Shown here in pieces: positions 1 through 10,127 of a stretch of DNA of 64,000 nt. Position 1 is the first letter of the stretch. The number at the start of each line of letters is the position of its first letter. The position numbers and the translations under genes are program-made. The notes below the pieces were generated by a model. It was not told the DNA's origin and searched no databases. It saw only the letters and a program-made list of their open reading frames with translations. This stretch comes from a virus: IMG/VR virus record IMGVR_UViG_3300002143_000172, positions 1-64,000 of that record, one strand, 5' to 3'.

Positions 1-231
1 TCATTCTTCAATTCCCAATGTAGTTGGATTGTGATCTAATATATTGCCTTTGTCATCTGAATAGAAAGTAGCATCCTCATCTGTTATTGTGATACACAAA
101 TCACTATGACGCAAGTCATAATCAGTATAATCAAAATTGGCTTTATATACTCTAAACCGATACCGACCATCAAAGCACCGAATCAATAATCCTTCTACGC
201 CATTAGCTGATTGTTTAAGTTGTTTGTTCAT
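1..231 (-). CDS. hypothetical phage protein
   Basis: 76 aa ORF overlapping the upstream gene stop (ATGA). Confidence 0.7.
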   Translation of the reverse strand: MNKQLKQSANGVEGLLIRCFDGRYRFRVYKANFDYTDYDLRHSDLCITITDEDATFYSDDKGNILDHNPTTLGIEE

Positions 232-1430
232 TTCATTACTTTTAAGATAATGAGGTCTTCGTTAAACCGCCCATTCATTACAGTTTCAGTTGCCTTGATC
301 TTACCAAACCAAGCTTCAATACGCTTCTGTGTATTCTGCTCTTTGAACTCTTTGAGCTGTTCTGGAGGCTTACGCAAAGTCTTTTGGAAACTCTTGTCAG
401 TAAAGTTAGTAAGGCTTGTACCTTTTACCCCCAACCCTTCGGAACTCTTGGCAATGTACATACCCATCTTTCTATTCTTAGTATTGTAGATTACCACATA
501 CTGTGAACCGATGATTGTTGCCGGAGGTACTGACACGATTCCAAGTTTATCGTCTACTTGACGGAACTTCAACTTCTTGACCAATTCCTCTGCCGGCTTA
601 ACTTTCTTAGCACGGGGCTTCTTCATAATCTTTGCTTCAGCAATAATTTGGTCGCAAGCAGATTGGATGCTTTGATGGAAGTCAATCAATTTTTTAACAT
701 TCTTACGACTAACATTCTTGTAGCCTTCGCGCAACTGTTCATCGGCATTACCACTCGCAAGCTCAAGAAGCTCGTTAAGATTTGACTCAAAGAAATTCTT
801 AATTTGTCGAGCGTGAACACCTTTGGCATTCTTTCCACGCAACAGATTAATCATCTTAAATGCTTTTGGATCAAATTCTTCAGGATCGGTAATCCAGCTA
901 TCGATAGCATAGTCCAGTTCTTCAGTCATCTGACCAGCTTGTTCACGGATACGATCTTGGATGCTAATTTCCGGAACCTTGACAGTAACGACAATTTCCT
1001 CTGGTACTTCTTTAATGTCATTAGCGCCGTCTTTAACGATACGCTTAATTTCAGCCTTAAGCCATTCTGCACTATTTTTACCGTTGTTAAATCCAGGATG
1101 AACAGCGGGCATACCTCTAAGCAAACATGCGGCAATAGCGCCGGCGGTTCCACTACACCGAGTGTCTTTAGTGTCTTTGAATGCTTGGATTTGGTCTCTG
1201 CTATATTCGTTCGCCGCCATCCAATTGATAATAAGGGGCTTCAAATCCTTAGCAGATTTTTCCAAACGGTAATAACCCATAGCACCGTGAAAGAACCTAG
1301 TAAATTGATCACTGGTCCATGTTTCGGTACCCTCCCATTTTGGGCTGTTATCTCTTTTAGCGGTTGTGCGATGCGCCTGCACCTGCTGGCTTGTCACTCG
1401 AACTTTGCGAACTGCGGATTTGGTTGCCAT
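228..1430 (-). CDS. hypothetical jumbo-phage protein (Lys-rich)
   Basis: 400 aa ORF, AGGAG SD, consensus promoter upstream. Confidence 0.85.
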   Translation of the reverse strand: MATKSAVRKVRVTSQQVQAHRTTAKRDNSPKWEGTETWTSDQFTRFFHGAMGYYRLEKSAKDLKPLIINWMAANEYSRDQIQAFKDTKDTRCSGTAGAIAACLLRGMPAVHPGFNNGKNSAEWLKAEIKRIVKDGANDIKEVPEEIVVTVKVPEISIQDRIREQAGQMTEELDYAIDSWITDPEEFDPKAFKMINLLRGKNAKGVHARQIKNFFESNLNELLELASGNADEQLREGYKNVSRKNVKKLIDFHQSIQSACDQIIAEAKIMKKPRAKKVKPAEELVKKLKFRQVDDKLGIVSVPPATIIGSQYVVIYNTKNRKMGMYIAKSSEGLGVKGTSLTNFTDKSFQKTLRKPPEQLKEFKEQNTQKRIEAWFGKIKATETVMNGRFNEDLIILKVMK

Positions 1431-1461
1431 TTACTGCTCCTTTAAGTTTCAATATAGATAT

Positions 1462-1490
1462 ATTATAGCACCGTTTTACCACTTTGTCAA
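1462..1490 (-). promoter_or_regulatory. sigma70-type promoter
   Basis: TTGACA-17 nt-TATAAT; shares TTGACAAAGTGGTAAAA with the promoter at 31655-31683. Confidence 0.85.
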
Positions 1491-1795
1491 GGGTGTCGCA
1501 GATCAATTTTACCAGAATTTGTTAAAAAGTCAGAGTATCTGAGAAAGAAAAGGGTCTTCTTTTTGGCATCAAAAAAATCCAAAGCAATTGAATCCTCACA
1601 ATAGCTTCCACCTATATCTTGACTCCATTTTTGCTGTCGTCTTACGGTAAATCCTAAAACGGATTTCGTCTTTTCTCGAATTAGCAAAACGGATGATGGG
1701 TAATCTTTAGCAATCTGTGTATATATTTTGTTCCATTGTTCGAGAGTCAGGGCCACGCTTTTGATACGGTCAGTAGTTTCTATGTCATTCATCAT
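1487..1795 (-). CDS. hypothetical protein
   Basis: 102 aa ORF in co-oriented gene string. Confidence 0.7.
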   Translation of the reverse strand: MMNDIETTDRIKSVALTLEQWNKIYTQIAKDYPSSVLLIREKTKSVLGFTVRRQQKWSQDIGGSYCEDSIALDFFDAKKKTLFFLRYSDFLTNSGKIDLRHP

Positions 1796-2339
1796 CGTCC
1801 CAAGGCACAGTAACCCATCCCAATTTTTTTAGATCTTCTCGGATTTCGTCAGTTACTACCCCCTCCGGGACATAGTCTCGTCCATCAGGGTCTGGCGTAG
1901 GCTCGTATCCATCCAATCCAAAACCATTTTCCTTGTTTCCAATTCCGCTACAGTACCAGTCAATGTAGTCACCTTTTTCTTGCATGTCAGCAACAATGCC
2001 GCCCGCCGAGCGCCAACTGGCACTCCAGCGTTGATCTTTTAGAATAGGGATTACATCCAATTTGATGAACTGCATATTGCACATGGCCGCATATAAGTTT
2101 TGGGCATAGTTATCCGACCCCTTGACTTTGTCGCATATCCATGCGGTGCCACGGAGATCATACTCCATATTGTCTTTTTGCCATTCTGGATCGTTAATCT
2201 TGTTAGCTTCGTCAATTTTGATCTGTTCCCACATGTCAATATATGCTTGGTTAGGTTCTTCACCCTTTTCTTCTGCTCGCTTGATTGCGCCTTCTTTTTG
2301 GAAGGTGTGTCGTTCAGGACTACTGTTTACTTTGGTCAT
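1785..2339 (-). CDS. hypothetical phage protein
   Basis: 184 aa ORF with YAQNLYAAMCN/WSASWRSAGG/DWYCSG motifs. Confidence 0.8.
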   Translation of the reverse strand: MTKVNSSPERHTFQKEGAIKRAEEKGEEPNQAYIDMWEQIKIDEANKINDPEWQKDNMEYDLRGTAWICDKVKGSDNYAQNLYAAMCNMQFIKLDVIPILKDQRWSASWRSAGGIVADMQEKGDYIDWYCSGIGNKENGFGLDGYEPTPDPDGRDYVPEGVVTDEIREDLKKLGWVTVPWDDDE

Positions 2340-2364
2340 TTGGTTTAGTGGGCCTATTATTACA

Positions 2365-2435
2365 AAAAAGACAATGCCTATCGGCGCAAGTATCCTCTAA
2401 CCATCTGTTACAGGACTCGCAGTAATAGGCATCGT
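2365..2435 (-). terminator. long irregular hairpin plus U-tract
   Basis: ACGAUGCCUAU...AUAGGCAUUGU closing stem followed by CUUUUUU. Confidence 0.5.
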
Positions 2436-2467
2436 GCTCTGCTGAGTATTGTTTAGTTTCTTCGCAA

Positions 2468-3307
2468 TTATGTCCAGAGTCCATGTCGTACCTTAATAAG
2501 CCGAATCATCATGGCCTCATCTTCTTTTTCATAAGCCGCTTCGATCTTTTGAAGTAGCTTGTGTGCCTTGTCGCTCATCTTTTTCATTTCAGGAGTTTTG
2601 TCTCCACCAAAACTTAGACGACCGCCGTTGGCAATTCGGCTTGCCTCGCAGTATTCAGTCCAACCACTTGCATCATAAGCATCTGGACGATTGCGATAGG
2701 TAGTAGTCCACCAAGTATACAAGTCCAGGATCTCCTGAGCTTTGACTGCTTGTTGGGTGAGCTCGCCTAGACCTTTAAAGTCCTTGCCTACTTCTTCTTC
2801 TTTCCAACGAAGCTGTCGTTGCCATTCCAAATTGGCAAGTCCGGCTTCGGGACTGCGCCATGTGCGCCAGCGGAACCATCCTGTGGCATACCAAGGTGAC
2901 TCGAATTGTTTACGGGCTTCTTCATCCCAGACAATATGCCACCAGGCTAACTCCACCTCAACAAAATCAACCAGCTCATTGAATAGGCAAGGCAAAAAGC
3001 GGTCCCCCACATCCTGCCAGTTGCCAGGTTTAATATCGCGGGCATGAGCGGTAAGACTATGAGTCCGACTAACCCAACGGTTGTTAATGTAGTACTTGAT
3101 ATCATATATTTTCCTTACAGGCCATGTGACAAAATCTTGGATGTGTCCCAGTGCTTCTTCCGCCAACCAGTAACGAAAGTTGTGTTTCATTTGGGCCGCA
3201 GTTGTCCAGTCATCCCATTCTTCACTTGTGCCCGCACTGAGTTTCTTAGTTCCGCGAAGCCAATCTGCGAACGGAGTGCAACTCCAGTAGTTTGTATGTT
3301 GTGCCAT
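2468..3307 (-). CDS. hypothetical Trp-rich phage protein
   Basis: ORF; start moved to MAQHTN after GAGGA SD. Confidence 0.8.
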   Translation of the reverse strand: MAQHTNYWSCTPFADWLRGTKKLSAGTSEEWDDWTTAAQMKHNFRYWLAEEALGHIQDFVTWPVRKIYDIKYYINNRWVSRTHSLTAHARDIKPGNWQDVGDRFLPCLFNELVDFVEVELAWWHIVWDEEARKQFESPWYATGWFRWRTWRSPEAGLANLEWQRQLRWKEEEVGKDFKGLGELTQQAVKAQEILDLYTWWTTTYRNRPDAYDASGWTEYCEASRIANGGRLSFGGDKTPEMKKMSDKAHKLLQKIEAAYEKEDEAMMIRLIKVRHGLWT

Positions 3308-3308
3308 T

Positions 3309-3548
3309 TTATCCTCTTGAACTTGTTTGTGTTCGGCTAATAGTTGGACCGTTGCTAACAAAGTCTAGTCCAGCCATTCTGCCTTCGTATAGATATCCAT
3401 TCCATTTCATCGGAAGTTTAACGCTTTTATTAATAATAACAGTAAGACGATCTTTCTCTTCAAAATCGTGAACTACGGCTTCGATAGACTTTTTTGTTTG
3501 ATCCTGCCGAACTTCACAAGTACTGCTGTATCTAATTATTTCGCCCAT
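3309..3548 (-). CDS. hypothetical protein
   Basis: 79 aa ORF in gene string. Confidence 0.7.
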   Translation of the reverse strand: MGEIIRYSSTCEVRQDQTKKSIEAVVHDFEEKDRLTVIINKSVKLPMKWNGYLYEGRMAGLDFVSNGPTISRTQTSSRG

Positions 3549-3559
3549 CGCTGTTTTCC

Positions 3560-3760
3560 TTATGCCATTTTATCTACATTCTGACCAGCTCGATTCATAT
3601 ATCGATTCATTTCAATTCGTTTTTCTTCTTCGTGCTTATGTTGTGCCGCTATTCGATTTTCTTCAACCCGTCGGTCTTCCATCCTATCGCACTCTTTTCT
3701 AATTTCTGCCTGTCTATACAACTCGGCATTCTGTCGGGTAACTCTGGAAATTTCTGACAT
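3560..3760 (-). CDS. hypothetical protein
   Basis: short charged ORF, likely start MSEIS. Confidence 0.6.
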   Translation of the reverse strand: MSEISRVTRQNAELYRQAEIRKECDRMEDRRVEENRIAAQHKHEEEKRIEMNRYMNRAGQNVDKMA

Positions 3761-3764
3761 AATA

Positions 3765-4475
3765 TCAGTCCTTCTTGCCGCCAAACAACTGTAGTAGGTT
3801 AACGAATATGTTAATAAAATCCATATACAAACTTAATGCACCTCGAACTTCGGCAGCATCACTAGTTTCAATACTTAGGTCTTCACGAATCTTTTGTGTA
3901 TCATAAGCGGTTAGTCCGAGAAAAATGATAATAGCCAATGCTGAGATCACCATCTGCCCCACACTACTTCCTACGAATATGTTGATTATACTAGCAATCA
4001 CGATTGCGATCAACCCCACAAGCATAAACTTACCAAGACTGTCTAGATTTTTCTTTGTGAAGTATCCGTAGAAACTTAGCACACCAAACAACACAGCCGC
4101 TCCCATAAAGGCATTAACAATACTGCCCATTTGATAAACTGCAAAGATCATGGAAAAACTTAGACCCATTAGGGCCGCAAAACCATGTAGGCATAATTGG
4201 GCAATTGGTTTGCTTGGATTACTTCCCAATACCATGCTAACACCAAACACTGCTACTAGCGGTGCAAAAATAACTACCCACTTCATTGCACCCGTAAAAA
4301 AGAATTTTAGTAATTCTGGACTCGTACCAACAAAATAACTAACAATCATTGATACAAGGACGGCTAGTCCCATGTGGCCATAGACACGCCCCATGGCACT
4401 ATTAATTTCTTCTGCTGAACGATAATTTAAACGATAATTTAAAATACCGCCATCTGTATAATTTGCACCAAACAT
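3765..4475 (-). CDS. Bax inhibitor-1/YccA family membrane protein
   Basis: about 7 hydrophobic segments; LTAYDTQKI and ALSLYMDFINIF motifs. Confidence 0.9.
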   Translation of the reverse strand: MFGANYTDGGILNYRLNYRSAEEINSAMGRVYGHMGLAVLVSMIVSYFVGTSPELLKFFFTGAMKWVVIFAPLVAVFGVSMVLGSNPSKPIAQLCLHGFAALMGLSFSMIFAVYQMGSIVNAFMGAAVLFGVLSFYGYFTKKNLDSLGKFMLVGLIAIVIASIINIFVGSSVGQMVISALAIIIFLGLTAYDTQKIREDLSIETSDAAEVRGALSLYMDFINIFVNLLQLFGGKKD

Positions 4476-4476
4476 T

Positions 4477-4845
4477 TTATTCTCCTTTGATAAATGGTTT
4501 AAGATTGGGAGGTACCCAGCCCACGGGTTTCAAAACTTTCCCATCTTCACGCTTACGCACCTTGCCTGTGTCATGATCGACCTTGGCAAAGTTAGTACTC
4601 ATAACTTCTTTCCAAGCACCTTCGGCATCAAACCCTGCGCTATGAATAGCACCAATGGTAACAACCAATATGTCAATAAGTGCATCAAGTTGTTCAACTC
4701 GGTCATTGTTTTGTTCCGCAACAGTTAACTCTCCAACTTCCTCATGTATAAGGCTAATATACATATTATATTGTTTTTCGTTAAACTTGTCAACCTCTTG
4801 GTCACATGCCCGCATAAACTTTTCTTGATCTCTAAATGGATTCAC
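4477..4845 (-). CDS. MazG-like NTP pyrophosphohydrolase
   Basis: LIHEEVGEL, DALIDILVV, EVMSTNFAK, REDGKVLKP motifs. Confidence 0.85.
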   Translation of the reverse strand: MNPFRDQEKFMRACDQEVDKFNEKQYNMYISLIHEEVGELTVAEQNNDRVEQLDALIDILVVTIGAIHSAGFDAEGAWKEVMSTNFAKVDHDTGKVRKREDGKVLKPVGWVPPNLKPFIKGE

Positions 4846-4868
4846 TTTACTATTCCTTAGTTAATGTA

Positions 4869-5183
4869 TTATTTAATATCTGGTTTACCAAAACGCAGAT
4901 AAAACTCTGAAAGTTTCTTCTTTTCCATCTCAACGATGATTGCATACCGCCATCCCATATGATAGTGGCTTAGCTCTCGACGCCATTCCGGACTTTCTGG
5001 TATAGCATTTGCCATTGCAAATTTTCCAGCGTCAGATTGTTGCCATTCATATATGGGTGCCGCAACCATTAAGTCCGGATCCTCAACATCGCCCATATTG
5101 ATCGTATGGACTACGACTTTGTGAATCTCTTTAACAATTCGTTCACCGTCTTCATCAGATACTTGCCATCTTACTGTTCCCAT
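4869..5183 (-). CDS. hypothetical protein
   Basis: ORF with GDVEDPDL motif. Confidence 0.7.
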   Translation of the reverse strand: MGTVRWQVSDEDGERIVKEIHKVVVHTINMGDVEDPDLMVAAPIYEWQQSDAGKFAMANAIPESPEWRRELSHYHMGWRYAIIVEMEKKKLSEFYLRFGKPDIK

Positions 5184-5512
5184 GATAAATGAAACACCGT
5201 CAAAAATTTTTCAGCATCCCGTTTTTTTCGAAACTGCCAGGTGTCGTAACTGGTTCTCCGAACATTGGGCCAATTTTCTAATTGGGCAATAGCCCATTCA
5301 ATATGAGTAGCTAAATTATTATCTGCCATTGAAGTATCGATTAAGTTTCTATCTGTGCCGTGCAGTTCTTCTTCTATTCGAACATTCCAGAAATTGCCTT
5401 TCTTATAACAACTTAAAAACAATTCTGGACCTTCTTCGCATAATTTTTTATGTTTTAAATAATCTGGCATTAGCCCTACTAGCATCTCTTGCCACTGGGG
5501 CAATGTGATCAT
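5171..5512 (-). CDS. hypothetical protein
   Basis: 113 aa ORF. Confidence 0.7.
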   Translation of the reverse strand: MITLPQWQEMLVGLMPDYLKHKKLCEEGPELFLSCYKKGNFWNVRIEEELHGTDRNLIDTSMADNNLATHIEWAIAQLENWPNVRRTSYDTWQFRKKRDAEKFLTVFHLSWEQ

Positions 5513-6003
5513 GCTTTAGGCTTTTTCTTAAAGTATCTTCGCTTTGGCGGATGGTCTTTTAAATTCAACGGGGGCATTGTGGAACTTTGCTTGGCTCGTT
5601 CCATTGCGGCATGAATTTCATCGGGACTTGGGTCGTAGTCATCCGAAGTTGATCCCATGCCGTCGTGCCCATCTCCAGTATATTCTTCATCTGGATCATG
5701 TAATGCACCATCTTCCATGACTATACCAACTCGAGACAAAAACTTTTTAGCAGTGACTGGGTCTTGTACAGCTTCTCTAAACGACCCAACCGGTCCTCGT
5801 TGGTCTTGGCTAATATTATGCCAAGTACGAACTTCTAACAGATCTTCAATTTCAGTTGGAACAGCAACAATATAGAAGACTCCGTCATATCCGGTCATTT
5901 GGAATGAATGGACTACTTTTCCTTGCGTAGCTTTATTGCTTAAGGAATTGATACCATAGATCCAAACGATATCTCCTATGTTGTAATGTTTTTTAACTTT
6001 CAT
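5509..6003 (-). CDS. hypothetical protein
   Basis: 164 aa ORF, ATGA overlaps. Confidence 0.75.
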   Translation of the reverse strand: MKVKKHYNIGDIVWIYGINSLSNKATQGKVVHSFQMTGYDGVFYIVAVPTEIEDLLEVRTWHNISQDQRGPVGSFREAVQDPVTAKKFLSRVGIVMEDGALHDPDEEYTGDGHDGMGSTSDDYDPSPDEIHAAMERAKQSSTMPPLNLKDHPPKRRYFKKKPKA

Positions 6004-6164
6004 GATGTGGTGCTAACTTGTCCTTTTGAGTCCAGCAAATCTTTGATGAATTTGATTGCCTTACGATCAGTATCGTAAACATACTCTTGGTCTTCATCTT
6101 CGTGTCGTAATGTTACTATGACACCGTTACATACTTTTCGAATTTCTATGCTTTCAAATAACAT
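6000..6164 (-). CDS. small hypothetical protein (54 aa, not in ORF track)
   Basis: MLFESIEIRKVCNGVIVTL...STTS*, AAGGAA SD, ATGA overlap with next gene. Confidence 0.7.
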   Translation of the reverse strand: MLFESIEIRKVCNGVIVTLRHEDEDQEYVYDTDRKAIKFIKDLLDSKGQVSTTS

Positions 6165-6176
6165 AGGGTTCCTTTC

Positions 6177-6899
6177 TTATTTAGGAACTGATAGATTGTA
6201 GTTAAAGTGGAAAATTCCAATGTGTGCTACTTCTCTACTCAGCTCTTGATCGCACCAGATTTCAAATCCTGCCTTCTGTGCTTGTTGACAAAAATAGATA
6301 TCCTCACCAATTTCAAGATTTAGCGAAGGAATAAATTCCTGTAGATAATGCGGATGCGGTATTTTTTCATATACTGCTCGCTTAACTAACACTACACCAT
6401 GTGGCAGAACATCTATCAACTCCATTGCAGGACTATTATCGGTCGTTTGAAATTCACTAAACTTCCCACTGGTTCCTACCATCCCTGTAAAATTGGGATT
6501 TGGGAAACGGCGTCTACGATAGTTTGCACCTACAATATCTTTGTTGCGGCTTAACAATCTTAGTGGAGTGTCGATAGGGAATTTCATATCGCTATCAATC
6601 CACCAAATATAATCAAAATCGCTCTTTAAGAAAATGTCAACTAGGTTTCTTCGAGCAATAGTGATCACACTACCAATGTTAAACGCACAATTAATTTTAA
6701 TACCATTTGCAACTAAGTTAGCGGCTGACATGGCCAAGTGCTGTGCAAATTCAGCATTAACCATTTCCATTGACGGAACAGCAATCATAATGCTGGGACG
6801 ATTTCCTTGTGCTGGCGCCATAGTCGGTTGGGCCGCTGGTGCCGGCGGCCGTTGTGCCATTTGCTGGCGGTTCGGAATATTGAGTTTGGGTTTTTTCAT
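6177..6899 (-). CDS. GT-A fold glycosyltransferase-like protein
   Basis: ARRNLV, WWIDSDM (DxD), GEDIYFC motifs. Confidence 0.8.
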   Translation of the reverse strand: MKKPKLNIPNRQQMAQRPPAPAAQPTMAPAQGNRPSIMIAVPSMEMVNAEFAQHLAMSAANLVANGIKINCAFNIGSVITIARRNLVDIFLKSDFDYIWWIDSDMKFPIDTPLRLLSRNKDIVGANYRRRRFPNPNFTGMVGTSGKFSEFQTTDNSPAMELIDVLPHGVVLVKRAVYEKIPHPHYLQEFIPSLNLEIGEDIYFCQQAQKAGFEIWCDQELSREVAHIGIFHFNYNLSVPK

Positions 6900-7060
6900 T
6901 TTTTACCTTAAGTTAATTATAACAGAACACTTTTAAAAAAGCAACCTTAAATTTTGCCATTATCGTGGAGCAAATTCTTGTTGCAATTTAATATTATCAA
7001 AGAATTCTTTCTTTGTACTTTGGTCAGTATTAAACGCACCCTTAAGTACAGTAGTCTGTG

Positions 7061-7360
7061 TCATTCTTCAACTCCTTCAACTCCGAAATGTTGTTTAATC
7101 TTCTCAATCGCTGTTTCAGTAGTCCAAAGTATATGATTCAACCCACCCCTATCGGTTCTATCACCAAATACTTCATTTGCTTTTCCAATGTAGGCAATCT
7201 CGTTTATACATTCTGCCACAATCAACTCGGCGAACTTTTCCAGTCCATCAAGTGGTTCTATAACTGTGCCTTCTTTGCTGACAGCAACCATAAACTTGGG
7301 TTCATCGCGAAGTCTGCTGATGCCCGCTTCTAATCTCAGTTCATTTAATTTTGATTTCAT
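7061..7360 (-). CDS. hypothetical phage protein
   Basis: EKFAELIVAEC...IKQHFGVE motif. Confidence 0.7.
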   Translation of the reverse strand: MKSKLNELRLEAGISRLRDEPKFMVAVSKEGTVIEPLDGLEKFAELIVAECINEIAYIGKANEVFGDRTDRGGLNHILWTTETAIEKIKQHFGVEGVEE

Positions 7361-7418
7361 TTGTCACAACATCCATTTTGATAATGTTTATATTATACAA
7401 CAAGTATTTAGGTTTGGA

Positions 7419-8153
7419 TTAGTTTCCATTCCTTGATTGTAATTGAATATTATCAAAAAACTCTTTCTTTGTTCCAGGGTCTGATAAGAAAGCACCTTTT
7501 AACACAGTTGTTTGTGTTAAACTGTTATGAGCCATTACGCCTCGATTCTCTACACACCCGTGTGTCATTTCGATATAAACGCCGACATTTTCCGAATCTG
7601 TGGCCTTACTTATTTCTCTAGCAATATCATTACAAAGTTCCTCTTGAAGAGTACCACGGCGAGCACACCACTGAGCAATACGAGTATACTTGCTAAGACC
7701 AATAAGTTTGTTGGCAGCGATGATACCAATATAAGCAACACCACTAACAGGCTGGTGATGATGACTACACATGCTACGAAGCTCACTACGCACAACCAAC
7801 ATACCTTCGTATCTATCTTTGCCATCATTTGGGAAAGATGTTGCATCTGGTGCAGTAACATATCGTCCCTCCATTACTTCGTTAAAATACATTTTGGCCA
7901 ATCGCTTGGCTGTACCTCTTGAGTTAGGATCCGTTTCGCGATCAATAAGCAATGTATCTAATACTTTTTCAAATGCTTCTGTGGCTTCTTTTATTAGGAT
8001 ATCTTTATGTTCTTCAGTTACATATTCGCTAATGTTATCGCCGGCCCAAAAGCGTTTGCCTTCGCGCTTCATTTTAAAGCGGATAACATCTGCTAGGTTA
8101 CATTCTTCATATCCCTTGTCGTCTATGTTATTATATGTTACTGGTTCGCTCAT
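7419..8153 (-). CDS. folE: GTP cyclohydrolase I
   Basis: SMCSHHHQP, GLSKYTR, LQEEL, HGCVENRG motifs. Confidence 0.95.
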   Translation of the reverse strand: MSEPVTYNNIDDKGYEECNLADVIRFKMKREGKRFWAGDNISEYVTEEHKDILIKEATEAFEKVLDTLLIDRETDPNSRGTAKRLAKMYFNEVMEGRYVTAPDATSFPNDGKDRYEGMLVVRSELRSMCSHHHQPVSGVAYIGIIAANKLIGLSKYTRIAQWCARRGTLQEELCNDIAREISKATDSENVGVYIEMTHGCVENRGVMAHNSLTQTTVLKGAFLSDPGTKKEFFDNIQLQSRNGN

Positions 8154-8210
8154 TTTTATTTTTCTCCGATGTTAAGGCAGAGGATTGCCGTTTGTATTAA
8201 TAATACAGAG

Positions 8211-9080
8211 TTATTTAGGTTCTGTCAACCTTAGTAGTGTATTTTTCTTAACGGCTGCGTCTAAAATATTAAGAGCCACATTGTGCTGTTCGGCAAATTT
8301 TAACATTGCACTTGTGTCTTTTGGAAAACATGCCCCGCCAAACCCAAAGTTACCATCTGGTCCCGGTACTTGTAAGTGACTCGATCCAATGCGATGATCC
8401 ATTCTGATCATTCCGGCAATATTATCATAGTTTAGATTCATTGCCTGAGCAAGTTGATACACCTCGTTCATAAAGACAACCTTAGTGCTCATAAACGAAT
8501 TAATTGCATATTTGGCAAGGCTTGCTTCGCCTATGGTACAATGAACTACATTTTCGCCTAGAGATTGTTGCCCAATTCGGATAAGTCTTTCAGCTTCTCG
8601 TTGATAAACGCCCACCCGTCCGCCAATCATAGCAAACCTACCATTGGCATAATCTGCCTTGGCATTGGCCGCAGTTAGGAATTCCGGAGCATGAACTAGG
8701 TTAGGATACAGTATGTTTAATTGTTCATAGGCATCTGGAGGTGCTGTACACTTACTAATAACCACACCTTGGTAGTACAGTTTTGCTAGATTAGCAAGTA
8801 CATCTTCTAAAATACTTGTATCACAGGTACCGTCTGCATCTTGAGGACTAGGTACACAAACAAACACACCATCACAATCTAACAAATCTTTATATGTATT
8901 ATTGTATCCTTTAGCGGGATCTATCGCTGTTATTCCGCCAAATCCGTGATCCATGGCGGCGGCGATTGCACTACCCACAAATCCCATTCCTACAATTCCA
9001 ACTCTTGTCATCATTTTTTGATTCTTAAAAACTATTTTAGCACCACCTATGGTGCCTGGCATTGACATATTTAAGGTCAT
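8211..9080 (-). CDS. UDP-glucose/GDP-mannose dehydrogenase family
   Basis: GMGFVG, CVPSP, PEFL, GFGGACFPKD motifs; start uncertain. Confidence 0.9.
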   Translation of the reverse strand: MTLNMSMPGTIGGAKIVFKNQKMMTRVGIVGMGFVGSAIAAAMDHGFGGITAIDPAKGYNNTYKDLLDCDGVFVCVPSPQDADGTCDTSILEDVLANLAKLYYQGVVISKCTAPPDAYEQLNILYPNLVHAPEFLTAANAKADYANGRFAMIGGRVGVYQREAERLIRIGQQSLGENVVHCTIGEASLAKYAINSFMSTKVVFMNEVYQLAQAMNLNYDNIAGMIRMDHRIGSSHLQVPGPDGNFGFGGACFPKDTSAMLKFAEQHNVALNILDAAVKKNTLLRLTEPK

Positions 9081-9304
9081 TTAGTGAGACCCATAAAAAT
9101 AAGTTCCCTCTCGTGGACATGAGCAACAGGTTTGAGCCAGCTGTGACGCATACATTCTAGAATAAGATCTTTATAATTTTCCGGGCATCGTTGACTGATT
9201 TCAATTCCTGCTCGATGGGCTTGGACTAATCCGTCATGAATTATAAAATTAGAATCGCCCGGCCTAATGGTGTGTATTTGAGTGCAATGTGTTGTGATAT
9301 TCAT
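9077..9304 (-). CDS. hypothetical protein
   Basis: 75 aa ORF with promoter-like sequence upstream. Confidence 0.65.
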   Translation of the reverse strand: MNITTHCTQIHTIRPGDSNFIIHDGLVQAHRAGIEISQRCPENYKDLILECMRHSWLKPVAHVHERELIFMGLTK

Positions 9305-9335
9305 ACTATAAGTATAGCATGAATTTTGGATTAGG

Positions 9336-10070
9336 TCAACGGTTTATCCAATCCTTATTGAAGTATGGTTTTCCAACTTCAGCTTTGGGCAAATATCGTA
9401 TGATCTTTTTTTGGAGTTTACGGATAACAGGATGTTTGTGTTCGTAGTCAAATGTTTTTAAATACATTCGCCACCCATTAAATCGTCTCTGTAATCCTTT
9501 TTGATCCTGGCCTAGATACTTTATAACTGCTCGCTGGTCGTTTTTAAATTTGTCCATAAGTTCACATGCAATATTAAAACCATATGCATCTATTTCGTCA
9601 GTATTGCCCAGATAAGTTTGCTCGTTTCGTTTTTTTCTAAGTTCTGCTTTACTTTCATATGCAGGTATTTCTTTAAATTTGCGCCTGCGGTATTGTCTCA
9701 TGTGGATTATTTCATGTAGTATGGTGTCAGCAATTAGATAACAAACACGATGGTATCTCCTCGGACTCATTGTTATTTTATCTTCAAACGGATTAAAAAG
9801 AAAAACAACTTCGATGCATCGTTGTTTGTCCCTATCAAGATCGCTGTAGTACGATCCACCTACATAGCAATATCCAAACTCAACCTCCGAGTCTTTTCCT
9901 TTTGTAATTTTTACAGGAAAATAAGTTCTAACAATTTTAGAAAGAGTTGAATGAAACTTAGAGATTAAAATTGACTGGTTGCATAATTCAAAGCGATGTA
10001 ACCAAAGTGTTTGGGCAATAGTTTCCCGATCCAAAATTGACCAGTTGAAATTAACTTTCCGAGAAGCCAC
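9336..10070 (-). CDS. HEXXH zinc metallopeptidase-like protein
   Basis: ILHEIIHMRQ and downstream EIDAY. Confidence 0.7.
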   Translation of the reverse strand: MASRKVNFNWSILDRETIAQTLWLHRFELCNQSILISKFHSTLSKIVRTYFPVKITKGKDSEVEFGYCYVGGSYYSDLDRDKQRCIEVVFLFNPFEDKITMSPRRYHRVCYLIADTILHEIIHMRQYRRRKFKEIPAYESKAELRKKRNEQTYLGNTDEIDAYGFNIACELMDKFKNDQRAVIKYLGQDQKGLQRRFNGWRMYLKTFDYEHKHPVIRKLQKKIIRYLPKAEVGKPYFNKDWINR

Positions 10071-10127
10071 GGTTTTCCTCCTGAACTATCCATAGTATTT
10101 ATTTTATAATTAAATACATGGTTAATG

